A stretch of 64,000 nucleotides of DNA from an uncultured delta proteobacterium (GCA_963840855.1 CAWJBB010000027.1:128001-192000), one strand, 5' to 3'. Shown: positions 20,122 to 30,422, numbered from the stretch's first letter. Translations and numbers: made by a program. Notes: generated by a model from the sequence alone, not told the origin.

Positions 20122-21151
20122 CTGGATTCCGGCTTTCGCCGGAATGACGGGCACCGGTATTCCCAGCACTCATTTCTAAACGGACAGTTTACATCCGGTC
20201 AGCGTCACCCCGGCGAATGCCGGCGTCCAGGATCTTCCACTCCAATCAGAGCACACGTTAGAAAGAAATCTGGATTCCGGCTCTCGCCGGAATGACGACC
20301 CTAACATCGTTCCGTCGCCCGCTTGTACTGCACAAATGAACCATTGCATTTTCTTCGCGTCACCCCGGCGAAGGCCGGGGTCCAGGCCATTTTTGGCCCC
20401 AGCACAGCGTATCAACAACCTGGATTCCGGCTTTCGCCGGAATAACAGGAAGAACTGCATCTCCCATGTCTCCCCGGCTGATCCGCACATTCAGATCCGG
20501 TCACAACAACGTTTCATACAAATCCACCCATTCAGGATTGGTCTTTTCAATTAGATCTAGCTTCCATGCGCGTTTCCATTCCTTGATCGCTTTCTCCCGC
20601 TGGATAGCCGATTCCATTGAATCGTGTGGTTCATACCAAACGAGTTTGTCCACACCATATTTCTTGGTGAATCCATCTACGACGTGATTCCTATGCTCCC
20701 ATATTCGCTTGACGAGATCGGATGTGACGCCGACATAGAGCGTCCCATTGCGACGACCAGCAAGTAGATAAACGCAAGGCTGTTTCATTGGCAGAAAAAA
20801 GTCTCGTCACCCCGGCGAAGACCGGGTCCAGTCTGTCGGATCGTCATCGACGCAACTTACGAACCTGGATTCCGGCCTGCGCCGGAATGACGAGCTTAAC
20901 GTCGTCCCATCGCCTGCTGTGAATCCTCTTCAGCGTCACCCCGGCGAAGGCCGGGGTCCAGGTTCTTCGACCATCATTGCAGCACTTTACGACTCGCGCT
21001 ACCGACATCACAACACTGCGAATTGAGAGTAACGAATAAGAGAAAGATAGCCTGGATTCCGGCATGCGCCGGAATGACGGAGGAAAGAGCCTGCTTACGA
21101 TAGCATGGGTGCATGCCTTACAACGTCACCCCGGCGAAGGCCGGGGTCCAG
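20122..21151. repeat. Array of ten ~28-bp CGTC-tagged palindromes in alternating orientation, flanking a GIY-YIG gene
   Basis: Type A (minus strand, CGTCATTCCGGC-N4-GCCGGAATCCAG) at 20122, 20270, 20420, 20865 and 21052. Type B (plus strand, CGTCACCCCGGC-GAAG-GCCGGGGTCCAG) at 20203, 20358, 20805, 20934 and 21124. Confidence 0.92.
20501..20788 (-). CDS. Small stand-alone GIY-YIG nuclease (UPF0213-like)
   Basis: Motifs CVYLLA..GTLYVGVTSDLVKRIWEH and AIQREKAIK.WKRAWK..LIE..NP.W.DL. Confidence 0.92.
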   Translation of the reverse strand: MKQPCVYLLAGRRNGTLYVGVTSDLVKRIWEHRNHVVDGFTKKYGVDKLVWYEPHDSMESAIQREKAIKEWKRAWKLDLIEKTNPEWVDLYETLL

Positions 21152-21171
21152 GTTCACCCACCAGACAATCC

Positions 21172-21429
21172 TCACAACTCCCCTCGAAAGGCGCGGTGCT
21201 GGAGCGAAGCGAACAGCGCGTCCAGCTCCGCCAGCGACGCGCACTGCGCCGTCTTCAGCTTCTCCACCGCACGAACCCGACGAGCGAATTCGCGCTGTAA
21301 CTCGATGGGGGGAACGAGCACTAAGCTTTTGAGGTTCGTAACATCAATTCCGGGCATCTTTATACGAATGAGCGGAGTTGATTCAAGGCTGAATTGAGGT
21401 GGCCTAATGGCGGTTCGTTCAAGATTCAA
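21172..21429 (-). pseudogene. hsdS C-terminal remnant
   Basis: MPGIDVTNLKSL..VPPIELQREFA..LDALFASLQHRAFRGEL is a typical HsdS terminus. The 5' part is missing. Confidence 0.8.
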
Positions 21430-21657
21430 CGTACTGAGTGGCTCGGAAGACGCTGGTTCCAGTCGTTCCAGTTGTACCGGACGATCAAATCGTAAAGGAA
21501 ATAGTTGGAATGGACGCTTCCACGTTTCGGGAATTCCCGAAACGTCGAAATGAACGGGCCATCCGGAAAGGACAGGTTAAATATCGCACTTAACGCTTTC
21601 GGGGCACGCGGGAGCATGATTGAAGCACTGTAGATTTAATGCTAGACGAACAAAACC

Positions 21658-23728
21658 ATGTCCAAGTATCGAGTTACGGTAGACACCGGAGGAACGTTCT
21701 CCGATTTCGTTTTTTTTAACGAAGATACCGGCGCAATCACCATCACCAAACTCCCGTCCACGCCTGGGGAACCTTTCCAAGCCGTGTTAAACGGCGTCAA
21801 GGAACTGATCGATCAAGGGGTTTCGGCGGGCGACGTTTCGTTTTTCTGTCACGGCACCACCGTCGGCACTAACGCGTTGCTCGAAGAAAAAGGAGCCAAG
21901 ACGGGCCTCCTCGTCACCCAGGGCTTTCGCGGCATTTACGAAGTCATGGAGCAGACCCGCGGCTACGGTCCGGCGACCTATGATCTTTTCTTCGAAAAGC
22001 CCAGGCTCCTGGCGCCGCCTTATTATACGGAAGAGATTCCCGAGCGGGTCGATTTTCGCGGCAACGCTCTGCAATCGATAGACGTCGAGGCTGTCCCGCG
22101 AGGCGATCCGCCGGCTCAAGAAAAAAGACGTGCAGTCCGTCGCCGTCTGCTTCTTATTTTCATTTTTAAATCCCGATCACGAACTCAAAATCAAAGAGCT
22201 GTTCGCCCAGGAGTTTCCCGAGGCGCGGCTCTCGCTTTCCTGCGAAGTGCTGCCGCAGATTCGCGAGTTCTACCGCATGAGCACGACGGTGATCAACGCT
22301 TACATTCAGCCGGTGATGGCGAGCTACCTGGGCCGCCTCGACAACCGCATGCGCGAGATGGGCGTGACCACGCCGAAGCTTTACATCATGCAGTCCAACG
22401 GCGGCGTCTCGACGTTCAAAGGCTCCGCGGCAAAACCCGTTGCCACGGTGCTCTCCGGGCCGGCGGGCGGCGTCATCGCGTCCATGGGCACGTGCGAGCG
22501 GGTCGGCATCAAAAACATTATTACCTTCGACATGGGCGGCACGAGCTGCGATGTCGCGTTGATCCATCAAGGCAATCCCGTGATCACGACCCAGGGCAAG
22601 ATCAACATGCGCCCCATCGCGCTGCCGATGCTCGATATTCATACCGTCAGCGCCGGCGGCGGCACCATCGCGCGCATCGACGCCGTGGGCGGCTTGCACG
22701 TGGGCCCGGACAGCGCCGGCGCCGCTCCAGGTCCGGTGTCCTATGACCGTGGCGGAGCAGACATCACCGTCACCGACGCCAATATCGTGACCGGTGTCCT
22801 GGACCCGGATCAATTCCTCGGCGGCAGAATGAAACTCAACAAGCCCAAGGCGGAGAAGTTGCTGGAAGAAAAAATCGCCAAGCCCCTGGGCCTGGATTTG
22901 CTGGAAGCGGCCGACGGCGTCTTGAAAATCATCAACGTCAAAATGGAAGAGGCGATCAAGGCGGTCTCATCGGCGCGCGGCTACGACATTCGCGACTTCA
23001 CCTTGGTGGCCTTCGGCGGCGGCGGGCCGATGCACGCGGGACGGATGGCCCTCGATCTCGGTATTCCTTCGGTGCTCGTGCCGCTGACGCCCGGTGTTCA
23101 CTCCGCCCTCGGTTTGCTCATGTCGGACGTCAAGCACGATTACGTCCGCTCCAAGCTTGCCGGCCTCGAAGAACTCGACATAAACGAGATCAACCGCATG
23201 TTTCTCCAGTTGATCGACCAGGCCAGAGCCGAACTCCACGGCGAAGGATTTCACGACGATGAAATCAAGATCGAACCTTACCTCGACCTGCGCTACGCGG
23301 GCCAGGGCTACGAGCTTACGGTGCCCTGTCCCATGCCGCCGCTGACCCACGATGACCTGGTGCTCATGCGCCGGCGGTTTGATACCCTGCACGAGCAGAA
23401 TTCCGGCCACAAAGCCGAAACCGAACCGGTGGAGCTGGTGAGCCTGCGCCTGGTTTCCCTCGGGCTGGTGCCCCAGGCGAAACTCTCCCCCGGCAAGATT
23501 ACCGGGCGCAAAGTCGAAGCAGCGAAGACCGGCGAGCGCAAGGTTTTTTTCGGCAAGGAACACGGCATCCTGGCGACAGCGATCTACGATCGGAAATTGC
23601 TTGAACCGGGCCATAAGATTTTCGGCCCGGCCATCGTTGAACAGATGGACACCACCACGGTGATCCAGCCGGAACAGGAAGCGACAGTGGATGAATACGG
23701 AAACATTATTATTAAGGAGAAGGCATGA
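21658..23728 (+). CDS. Hydantoinase/oxoprolinase A subunit (apparent +1 frameshift at ~22090-22097)
   Basis: VDTGGTFSD and HGTTVGTNALLE in the first frame. SGPAGG, DMGGTSCD, GPDSAGA and FGGGGPMH in the second frame. Confidence 0.9.
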
Positions 23729-23858
23729 GGCAACAAAGCCAGGCACTAGGCAACAGCCATTAGGCAATAGAAAGAAATCCGGTCAGGAAAATACCCGACG
23801 TTCTCACTATTGCATGGCGTCTGTTGCCTTCCGGCTATTGCCTAGTGCCTATTGCCTA
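23726..23858. repeat. Inverted blocks of 7-bp tandem repeats (AGGCAAT-like) in the intergenic spacer
   Basis: AGGCACT-AGGCAAC-AGCCATT-AGGCAAT faces ATTGCCT-AGTGCCT-ATTGCCT. Confidence 0.6.
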
Positions 23859-23865
23859 AATTGCT

Positions 23866-25599
23866 ATGACTATAGATCCCGTAACCCTACAGGTCATTCA
23901 AGCGCGTCTCGCCGGCATCGTCCAGGAGATGCAAAACTCTCTTTTTCGCACCGGCTACTCGACGATTATCCGCGAGTCGCAGGACGCCAGTTGCGCGATT
24001 TTAAATCGCCAGGGCGAAGTCGTCGCGCAGCACGTGGTTTTGCCACTGCACATGGGCGCCTTCCCGGCCTGCGCGGCCGGCGTTTTGAAGAACTATTCGG
24101 CCGCTGAAGTGCATGAAGGCGACGCCTTCATCACCAACCATCCTTACCTCGGCGGCAGCCCCCACGCGCCGGATATGGCGGTGCTGACGCCGATTTTCTA
24201 CCAGAGGGAGTGGGTCGGCTTCGCCGCCAACCTCGCGCACAAGAGCGACATCGGCGGGCCGGTGCCGGGAAGCTGCTGGAGCCAGGCGCGTGAAATCTAC
24301 CAAGAAGGCCTGCACCTGCCGCCGGTAAAATACGTTCACGCCTATCAAACCAGCAGGGATCTCGAAGCCGTCCTGAGCGCCAATAGCCGCACTCCGGAAT
24401 TGGTCGTCGGCGACTTGCGCGGTCAGGTGGGCGCCGCCCGCCTCGGTGAAAAACGCTTTCAAGAAATGATGGAGCGTTACGGCAAGGCAACCATCCTCGA
24501 TTCCTTCGAGCAGCTTTTCGCTCTGACCGAGGCGAAAGTGCGCGCCGAGATCGCGTCCTGGCCGGACGGCGCGGGAGAGGGCGAGCGCTTCGTCGACAGC
24601 GACGGCATCGAGCTTGACAAGCCGGTGCGCATCCATGTGCGCATTGAGAAGCATGGCAACGATCTGCTCTTCGACCTCACCGGCTCAGCCGACCAGACCA
24701 AAGGGCCGGCGAATATTCGCCCGACCATCGTGCGCGCGGCTTGTTGTTATCTGCTCACCTGCCTGGTCGATCCTGCGCTGCCGATCAATTATGGACTGGC
24801 CAAATGCATCGACATCAAAGTGCGCGAGGGCAGCGTGGTCAATCCGCGCTTTCCCGCCCCGGTGAATACCTATAATCCGACGGTGCATGCCCTGGTCGAG
24901 GCCCTGCTCGAAGCTTCGAGCCAAATCACGCCGCACAAGAAAGTCGGCGACGGCTGCAGCAGCCGTTCGATCATCATCGGCGGGCGCAGCAACAAAACCG
25001 GCAAGGGCTACGTGCAATACGAAATCTTCGGCGGCGGCTCCGGCGGGCGCAGCGGCAAAGACGGGGTGTCGGGGACCAATGTAAATCAGTCCAACGCCAA
25101 GATTGCGCCCATCGAAATCATCGAGGCGGAATTCGCCACCCGCGTGCGCCGCTTCGAATTGATTCCGGACTCCGGCGGCCCGGGCAAGTTCCGCGGCGGC
25201 CTGGGCTTCGTCCGCGAATACGAAGTGCTCGACAACGACGCGCGCTTTTCGCTGCGCTCTACCAAGCACAGTGTCGCGCCCAAAGGCATCGACGGGGGCT
25301 CGGACGGCAAACCGGGGCTGTGCACGCTCAATCCGGGCACGGATAAAGCCCGAGTGATACCGTCCCGTTACTCCGACCATGTCATGCATCCGGGCGAAGT
25401 TTTCAGCCTCAACACGCCCGGAGGCGGCGGACTGGGCAGTCCGCTCGAAAGAGAACCGCAGCGGGTGCTCAACGACGTGCGCAATGGTTACGTGACGCAG
25501 CAGAGAGCCCGCGAAGCCTATGGCGTCGCCATCGACGCGGCCGATGGCGATTTCATCTTGAATGATGCGCAGACGCGTCAACTTCGAAAAGGGGCATGA
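23866..25599 (+). CDS. Hydantoinase B/oxoprolinase subunit, paralogue 1
   Basis: Motifs DPVTLQVI, STIIRESQD, NHPYLGGSPHAPD, HKSDIGG, EGLHLPP, DSGGPGKFRGG and TPGGGGLG. Confidence 0.92.
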   Translation: MTIDPVTLQVIQARLAGIVQEMQNSLFRTGYSTIIRESQDASCAILNRQGEVVAQHVVLPLHMGAFPACAAGVLKNYSAAEVHEGDAFITNHPYLGGSPHAPDMAVLTPIFYQREWVGFAANLAHKSDIGGPVPGSCWSQAREIYQEGLHLPPVKYVHAYQTSRDLEAVLSANSRTPELVVGDLRGQVGAARLGEKRFQEMMERYGKATILDSFEQLFALTEAKVRAEIASWPDGAGEGERFVDSDGIELDKPVRIHVRIEKHGNDLLFDLTGSADQTKGPANIRPTIVRAACCYLLTCLVDPALPINYGLAKCIDIKVREGSVVNPRFPAPVNTYNPTVHALVEALLEASSQITPHKKVGDGCSSRSIIIGGRSNKTGKGYVQYEIFGGGSGGRSGKDGVSGTNVNQSNAKIAPIEIIEAEFATRVRRFELIPDSGGPGKFRGGLGFVREYEVLDNDARFSLRSTKHSVAPKGIDGGSDGKPGLCTLNPGTDKARVIPSRYSDHVMHPGEVFSLNTPGGGGLGSPLEREPQRVLNDVRNGYVTQQRAREAYGVAIDAADGDFILNDAQTRQLRKGA

Positions 25600-25691
25600 G
25601 GCATGAGGCGACAGGCGGTAGGAAATACAATCTTCGCGAGCCCTCGTTGCTTACTCGCGCCTCACGCCTTCCGGCTCTCGCCTATAATGTC

Positions 25692-27461
25692 ATGACGATC
25701 GATCCCATCACCCTGCAAGTCATTCAGGCCCGGCTCGCCGGCATCGTCCAGGAGATGCAGAATTCACTATTTCGCACCGGTTATTCCACGATCATCCGCG
25801 AATCCCAAGACGCCAGTTGCGCGATTCTAAATACCCGCGGCGAAGTGGTCGCCCAGCATGTTGTCCTGCCGCTGCACATGGGCGCCTTCCCCGCCTGCGC
25901 CGCGGCGATTTTGAGTAATTTTTCGCTGCAAGAGATTCACCCGGGCGACGCCTTTATCACCAACCATCCCTACCTCGGCGGTAGCCCCCACGCGCCCGAC
26001 ATGGGCGTGCTGACGCCGATTTATTTCAACGGCGAATGGGTGGGCTTCGCCGCCAATATGGCGCACAAGAGCGATATCGGCGGCACCGTGCCCGGCAGCG
26101 GCTCGGGCAACGCGCGGGAGATCTACGAGGAGGGACTCCATCTGCCGCCGGTGAAATACATGGCTCGGTCCCAGCCGGTCAAAGAAATCGAAGCGCTCAT
26201 CAGCGCCAACAGCCGCACGCCGGCGCTAGTCATCGGCGACCTGCGCGGCCAGGTGGGCGCAGCGCGCCTGGGAGAACGGAGAATCGCCGAGTTGCTGGAC
26301 CGCTACGGCAAGGAAACCGTTCTTCAATCCACCGAGCTTTTGTCGGCATATACGGAAAATCGCGTGCGCCGGACCATCGGCGCGTGGCCCGACGGCGAGT
26401 CCGAAGGCGAAAGTTTCGTCGATCACGACGGCATCGACCTGGCGAAGCCGATTCGGCTTCACGTCAAGGTCCGAAAGAGCGGCGACAAGCTTCATTTCGA
26501 TTTTAGCGGCAGCAGCGATCAAACCGCGGGGCCGGCGAATATCCGGCCGCCGCTGGTGCAGGCGGCGTGCGCCTACTGTTTGGTCTCTCTGGTCGACCGC
26601 TTCCTGCCGGTCAATCAAGGCCTGGCGCGGGTGATCGAAACAACCTTTCGCGCGGGCAGCGTTGTCGATCCGCGTTTTCCCGCGGCGGTGAATACCTACA
26701 TGCCGACGGCGCTGGCCGTTGCCGAAGCGGTACTGCGAGCGCTCGCCCCACTGGTGCCGGAAAAGCGCATCGCCGGCGGCTCAGGCAGCGCGGCGCTCGT
26801 CCTCGGTGGACGCCACCGGCAAAGCAATCGCGCCTATGTCCACTACGAAATCTTTAGCGGCGGCACCGGCGCGCGCTCCGGCAAAGACGGCGTGTCGGCG
26901 ACCGCGTTTCATCTGAGCAACTGCAAGACCGCTCCCATCGAGATCATCGAGTCGGAATTTCCCACCCGGGTGGTGCGCTTCGAGATGATCCCGGACTCCG
27001 GCGGCGCCGGCAAATGGCGCGGCGGTTTGGGGTTTGCGCGCGATTATCGCATTCTCGCCGATGATGTGCGGTTTTCCATGCGCACCGACAAACACCGGGT
27101 GGCGCCCTGGGGCAGCGATGGCGGCGCTGACGGCGGCAAGGGCGCCTGCGTTATCAATCCGCAGAGCCAAGACGAAAAACGGCTGCCGTCGCGCTTCGGC
27201 GACTACCCATTACGCAAGGACGATATCGTGCGCATCGAACGCCCAGGCGGCGGGGGATTGGGTAGTCCCCTCGAGCGTCCGGTCGAAAAAGTTCTCGAAG
27301 ATGTCCGCCAGGGATACGTTTCAGTGGAACGAGCGCCCGCCGACTACGGTGTTTCCGTCGATTTTTGCGGCGGCGAGCTTGTAATCAACCGCGAAAAAAC
27401 TGAGCGTCTTAGAGGGAAAAATCAAAAAAACAGTGGAAAAGGTTCCTCGCCTCTGCTATAA
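25692..27461 (+). CDS. Hydantoinase B/oxoprolinase subunit, paralogue 2
   Basis: Same motifs as paralogue 1. Start MTIDPITLQ chosen by alignment with paralogue 1. Confidence 0.92.
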   Translation: MTIDPITLQVIQARLAGIVQEMQNSLFRTGYSTIIRESQDASCAILNTRGEVVAQHVVLPLHMGAFPACAAAILSNFSLQEIHPGDAFITNHPYLGGSPHAPDMGVLTPIYFNGEWVGFAANMAHKSDIGGTVPGSGSGNAREIYEEGLHLPPVKYMARSQPVKEIEALISANSRTPALVIGDLRGQVGAARLGERRIAELLDRYGKETVLQSTELLSAYTENRVRRTIGAWPDGESEGESFVDHDGIDLAKPIRLHVKVRKSGDKLHFDFSGSSDQTAGPANIRPPLVQAACAYCLVSLVDRFLPVNQGLARVIETTFRAGSVVDPRFPAAVNTYMPTALAVAEAVLRALAPLVPEKRIAGGSGSAALVLGGRHRQSNRAYVHYEIFSGGTGARSGKDGVSATAFHLSNCKTAPIEIIESEFPTRVVRFEMIPDSGGAGKWRGGLGFARDYRILADDVRFSMRTDKHRVAPWGSDGGADGGKGACVINPQSQDEKRLPSRFGDYPLRKDDIVRIERPGGGGLGSPLERPVEKVLEDVRQGYVSVERAPADYGVSVDFCGGELVINREKTERLRGKNQKNSGKGSSPLL

Positions 27462-27495
27462 ACGTTTACAAATTGTCACCCTATTAGGAGGAAAG

Positions 27496-27771
27496 ATGGC
27501 AGCAGCAAAGAAAAAGAAACGGACACCCAATGCGGCGTTCATGAAGCCGGTGCAGCCCGATGCCGCACTCAGTGCCGTCGTCGGCGCCAAGCCCATTCCG
27601 CGCACGGAGTTGACGAAAAAGCTCTGGGCCTACATCAAGAAGAACGGGCTCCAGGACAAAAAGAAAAAGGTCAACATCAACGCCGACGCGAATCTCAAAG
27701 TGGTGTTTGGCGGCAAGAAGACGGTCACCATGTTTGAGATGACCAAGCTCGTTAGCAAGCACGTCAAGTAG
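27496..27771 (+). CDS. SWIB/MDM2-domain protein
   Basis: FMKPVQP..LSAVVG..RTELTKKLWAYIKKNGLQD..INAD..VFGG..MFEMTKLVSKH. RBS AGGAGG. Confidence 0.9.
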   Translation: MAAAKKKKRTPNAAFMKPVQPDAALSAVVGAKPIPRTELTKKLWAYIKKNGLQDKKKKVNINADANLKVVFGGKKTVTMFEMTKLVSKHVK

Positions 27772-27801
27772 AACCTTCTCTTAAGCATTTTGGCATTCGT
27801 G

Positions 27802-27855
27802 TGGGCCAAGGCCGGTGCCTGAATCACCTGCCTCGGCCCATGCTTTGGTTTTCAA
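27802..27855 (+). terminator. Possible intrinsic terminator after the SWIB gene
   Basis: TGGGCCAAGGC...GCCTCGGCCCA imperfect stem followed by a T-rich tract. Confidence 0.3.
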
Positions 27856-28036
27856 ACCTTCTGAGGCCAGGGTTAAGTCTTGGTCCGATGAGGGCCGATG
27901 TTCGCGTGATTCTGTACAAAGGTCGCGTCGGCGGGTAACCCGTCTACGGACTTTTTGCTGAACTAGAGCGGAGATGGATTTTTCTGCTCAGTTATTAAAT
28001 CCAAGCACAGCGTTCGGTGGTTGGCGGCAAAGTCGC

Positions 28037-28663
28037 TTACGGCTTTGTTACTTTGTGATCGTAGCTGGCCGGCAGCGGCAGGCGTAGAATGGAAATTCCT
28101 TCGGTCTGCTCGACGTAGCGGATAAAGCGGTATTTGTTTTCCAATTCATCCAGAGGCAAGGGCGGCACCTCCGCCCTGCCCGGCTCGATGCGCGCCCAGA
28201 TGAAATGCGGTCCGTCGTTGCTCAACGCGTGCCGCACCGCCTGGACCAAATTTTCCACGGACTCCGCGGCACGCGAGCTTTGGATTCCCGCGGCGCGGGC
28301 CGCATCGGCGAAATTGATATGTCCCGCCCTCGATACCGTCGGCTCGCCGCCGGAAGATTCATACTCGCGGTTGTCCCAGCAAAGGTGGATCAAGTTTTTC
28401 GGTTGGTGCAGCCCGATGGTCGCCAGCGAACCGAAGTTCATCCAGAGCGCGCCGTCGCCGTCGAAGACGAAAACTTTGCGGCGCGGCAGGGCCACCGCCA
28501 GTCCCAACCCAATGGATGAACATAAGCCCAGCGTCTTGACCTGGAGGTTGCCATCGCTGGGGCGCACCGCGCACCATTCGCTAGTGGCGCCGCCGGCGGA
28601 GGTGACGAACAATTCGTCCTTGATGAGGGTTTTGATGGCCTGCAAGCACTCGTATCGTTTCAT
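28037..28663 (-). CDS. TPP-dependent decarboxylase beta subunit (sulfopyruvate/phosphonopyruvate decarboxylase, ComE-like)
   Basis: TPP motif DGDGALWMN..WDN..YES.GG. Paired with the alpha subunit. Confidence 0.8.
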   Translation of the reverse strand: MKRYECLQAIKTLIKDELFVTSAGGATSEWCAVRPSDGNLQVKTLGLCSSIGLGLAVALPRRKVFVFDGDGALWMNFGSLATIGLHQPKNLIHLCWDNREYESSGGEPTVSRAGHINFADAARAAGIQSSRAAESVENLVQAVRHALSNDGPHFIWARIEPGRAEVPPLPLDELENKYRFIRYVEQTEGISILRLPLPASYDHKVTKP

Positions 28664-28673
28664 GGGCGACCTC

Positions 28674-29168
28674 TTACAAGACCGCGCGCGTGAGCAAGAG
28701 CGCAACCGGCCGTTTTGACGCTTCCGCAGCCGTCAGCGCCTGCGCGATCTGCTCTTTCACTTTGGCGGGGTCGCGCATCACGGTGTATTTGATGCCCAGG
28801 CCGTCGAGAACCGGCTCGGTGACCAGGCCGAGCATATGAAAAGCGTTGTCGCCCATATCGCCGGCGTAGTAGATCAACAGCAGGATCGGGATACCGAACT
28901 GAAGCGCCGTCGTCGTAAGGCCGTTGCAGCTGTTCATCAGGCCGCCGTTCTGCATGAGCATCGCGACCCGTTTGCCGCCGACGTATGCGCCTGTGCACAC
29001 GCCGATCCCTTCTTCCTCGCGCCCGACGGGCAGATGGGTAATATCTTTGTCGGCGTAGAGCGCGTTGAGCAGGTGCAAAAGATTAATGTCCGGGACGCTG
29101 GCGACTAAATCGATCCCGGCTTCCTTAAGCCCCGTCAGTATCTGTTGCGCTCGTTCCGGTGTGGCCAT
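28674..29168 (-). CDS. TPP-dependent decarboxylase alpha subunit (ComD-like)
   Basis: Motifs SVPD, REEEGIGVCTGA and MQNGGLMN. Confidence 0.8.
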   Translation of the reverse strand: MATPERAQQILTGLKEAGIDLVASVPDINLLHLLNALYADKDITHLPVGREEEGIGVCTGAYVGGKRVAMLMQNGGLMNSCNGLTTTALQFGIPILLLIYYAGDMGDNAFHMLGLVTEPVLDGLGIKYTVMRDPAKVKEQIAQALTAAEASKRPVALLLTRAVL

Positions 29169-29321
29169 CTCACAGCTCCATGCGGCGCCACGCTTTCACC
29201 ACGTGGCTTATTGCCTCCTCGACGCTTAGCCCCATGCGGCTCCCGGCGTCAAGTGGCCGAGCCCCTTTTCGTACAATTCGGTTGCCCAAAAATTGCCGGG
29301 TCCTATATCGTCAAAGCGCAT

Positions 29322-29735
29322 TTAACGCGGGTTCTGCGGTCCGCACTTTTCGATGGCCACTTTGATGGCGATACGCCCCTCGCCAAGCGTTTTCTGACGG
29401 ATTTCATCCCAACTCTTCGGCTCGCCGCGAATCTGGCGGTGCCAATCGAGCACGATGTCCATGGCCCCGGGATGGTTGATGACCTCCGCCTTGCCGTCGA
29501 TTTGAATATAGTTCGACCCGTTGAACTTTTCGCCGTAGACGAGCAGCGAGACCTGCGGGTTGCGCCGGATGTTTTTGACTTTGTAGGTCGTATCACGCGC
29601 CGTGATGACAACCTTTCCATCGGCGCCGATGACGGGTGAAACCAACGTCATCTGCAACGAGCCGTCCTTCTTGCGCGCCACCAGCACACCGTGATGGTTA
29701 TTTTTTAAAAACTCCTGCGCCTCGGCAATTTCCAT
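29322..29735 (-). CDS. PPOX-class (F420-dependent-like) oxidoreductase
   Basis: GVL..KKDGSLQ...KVKNIRRNPQVSL..YIQIDGKAE. Confidence 0.85.
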   Translation of the reverse strand: MEIAEAQEFLKNNHHGVLVARKKDGSLQMTLVSPVIGADGKVVITARDTTYKVKNIRRNPQVSLLVYGEKFNGSNYIQIDGKAEVINHPGAMDIVLDWHRQIRGEPKSWDEIRQKTLGEGRIAIKVAIEKCGPQNPR

Positions 29736-29774
29736 GAGACCCCCTTTGAAGTCTGGTGTTGAGCTGCTCCAGTT

Positions 29775-30422
29775 CTAACTGATCACGCGTGACGATTCAA
29801 AACTGCGCCAGTTCAGGAATGACTTTTCTGCGTAGAATATTTCGACGTCCAGAGGGAAAGAGATCCCGCGCTCTTGGAGATAGCGCGCGACGGGCCTCAG
29901 CGGCATTCCGACGGCGGCAAGGTAGTCCCCTTCGATGAATTCGATCAAGCGGCTTCCTTCGCCCTGGATCGAATAAGCGCCAGCCTTGTCCAGGGACTCG
30001 CCGCAAGTCAGATAGCTTTCGACTTCGTTGTCCGAGAAAGCACGCATCTTGACCGTGACCCTTTCGACGATTCCGAGTCCCGGTCCGCCGCAGCCATCGA
30101 CGATGGCGACGCTCGTGTAAATTTGATGGAGTTTCCCAGAAAAGGCTCGAAGCATTCGCCGTGCGTCGTCCACGCTTGCCGGCTTGCCGAACTTTTCGCC
30201 GCCGAGAAAAATCATTGTATCGCTGCCGATTACGATGCTATGGGAATTCTCCGCCGCGACGGACGCTGCCTTCTCGACGGCAAACTCCAGGACTTCTTCC
30301 TCAATGGATCGGTGCCGAAAGACAATTTCTTCGAACCGCGGCGCGATCATTTCGAAGTGCGCCCCCAGGAGCGCCAGTATCTCGCGCCGCCTGGGCGACG
30401 TGGAGGCAAGAATCAGACGCAT
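29775..30422 (-). CDS. maf: Maf nucleoside triphosphate pyrophosphatase
   Basis: Motifs LILASTSPRR, IGSDT, GKP, DKAGAYSIQG and VGMPL. Confidence 0.92.
   Translation of the reverse strand: MRLILASTSPRRREILALLGAHFEMIAPRFEEIVFRHRSIEEEVLEFAVEKAASVAAENSHSIVIGSDTMIFLGGEKFGKPASVDDARRMLRAFSGKLHQIYTSVAIVDGCGGPGLGIVERVTVKMRAFSDNEVESYLTCGESLDKAGAYSIQGEGSRLIEFIEGDYLAAVGMPLRPVARYLQERGISFPLDVEIFYAEKSFLNWRSFESSRVIS

Noticed and set aside
20122-21151. CRISPR array
   Set aside because: Repeats alternate in orientation and sequence, spacers vary from 33 to 90 bp, a gene interrupts the array, and there are no cas genes. It fits REP/BIME-like architecture instead.
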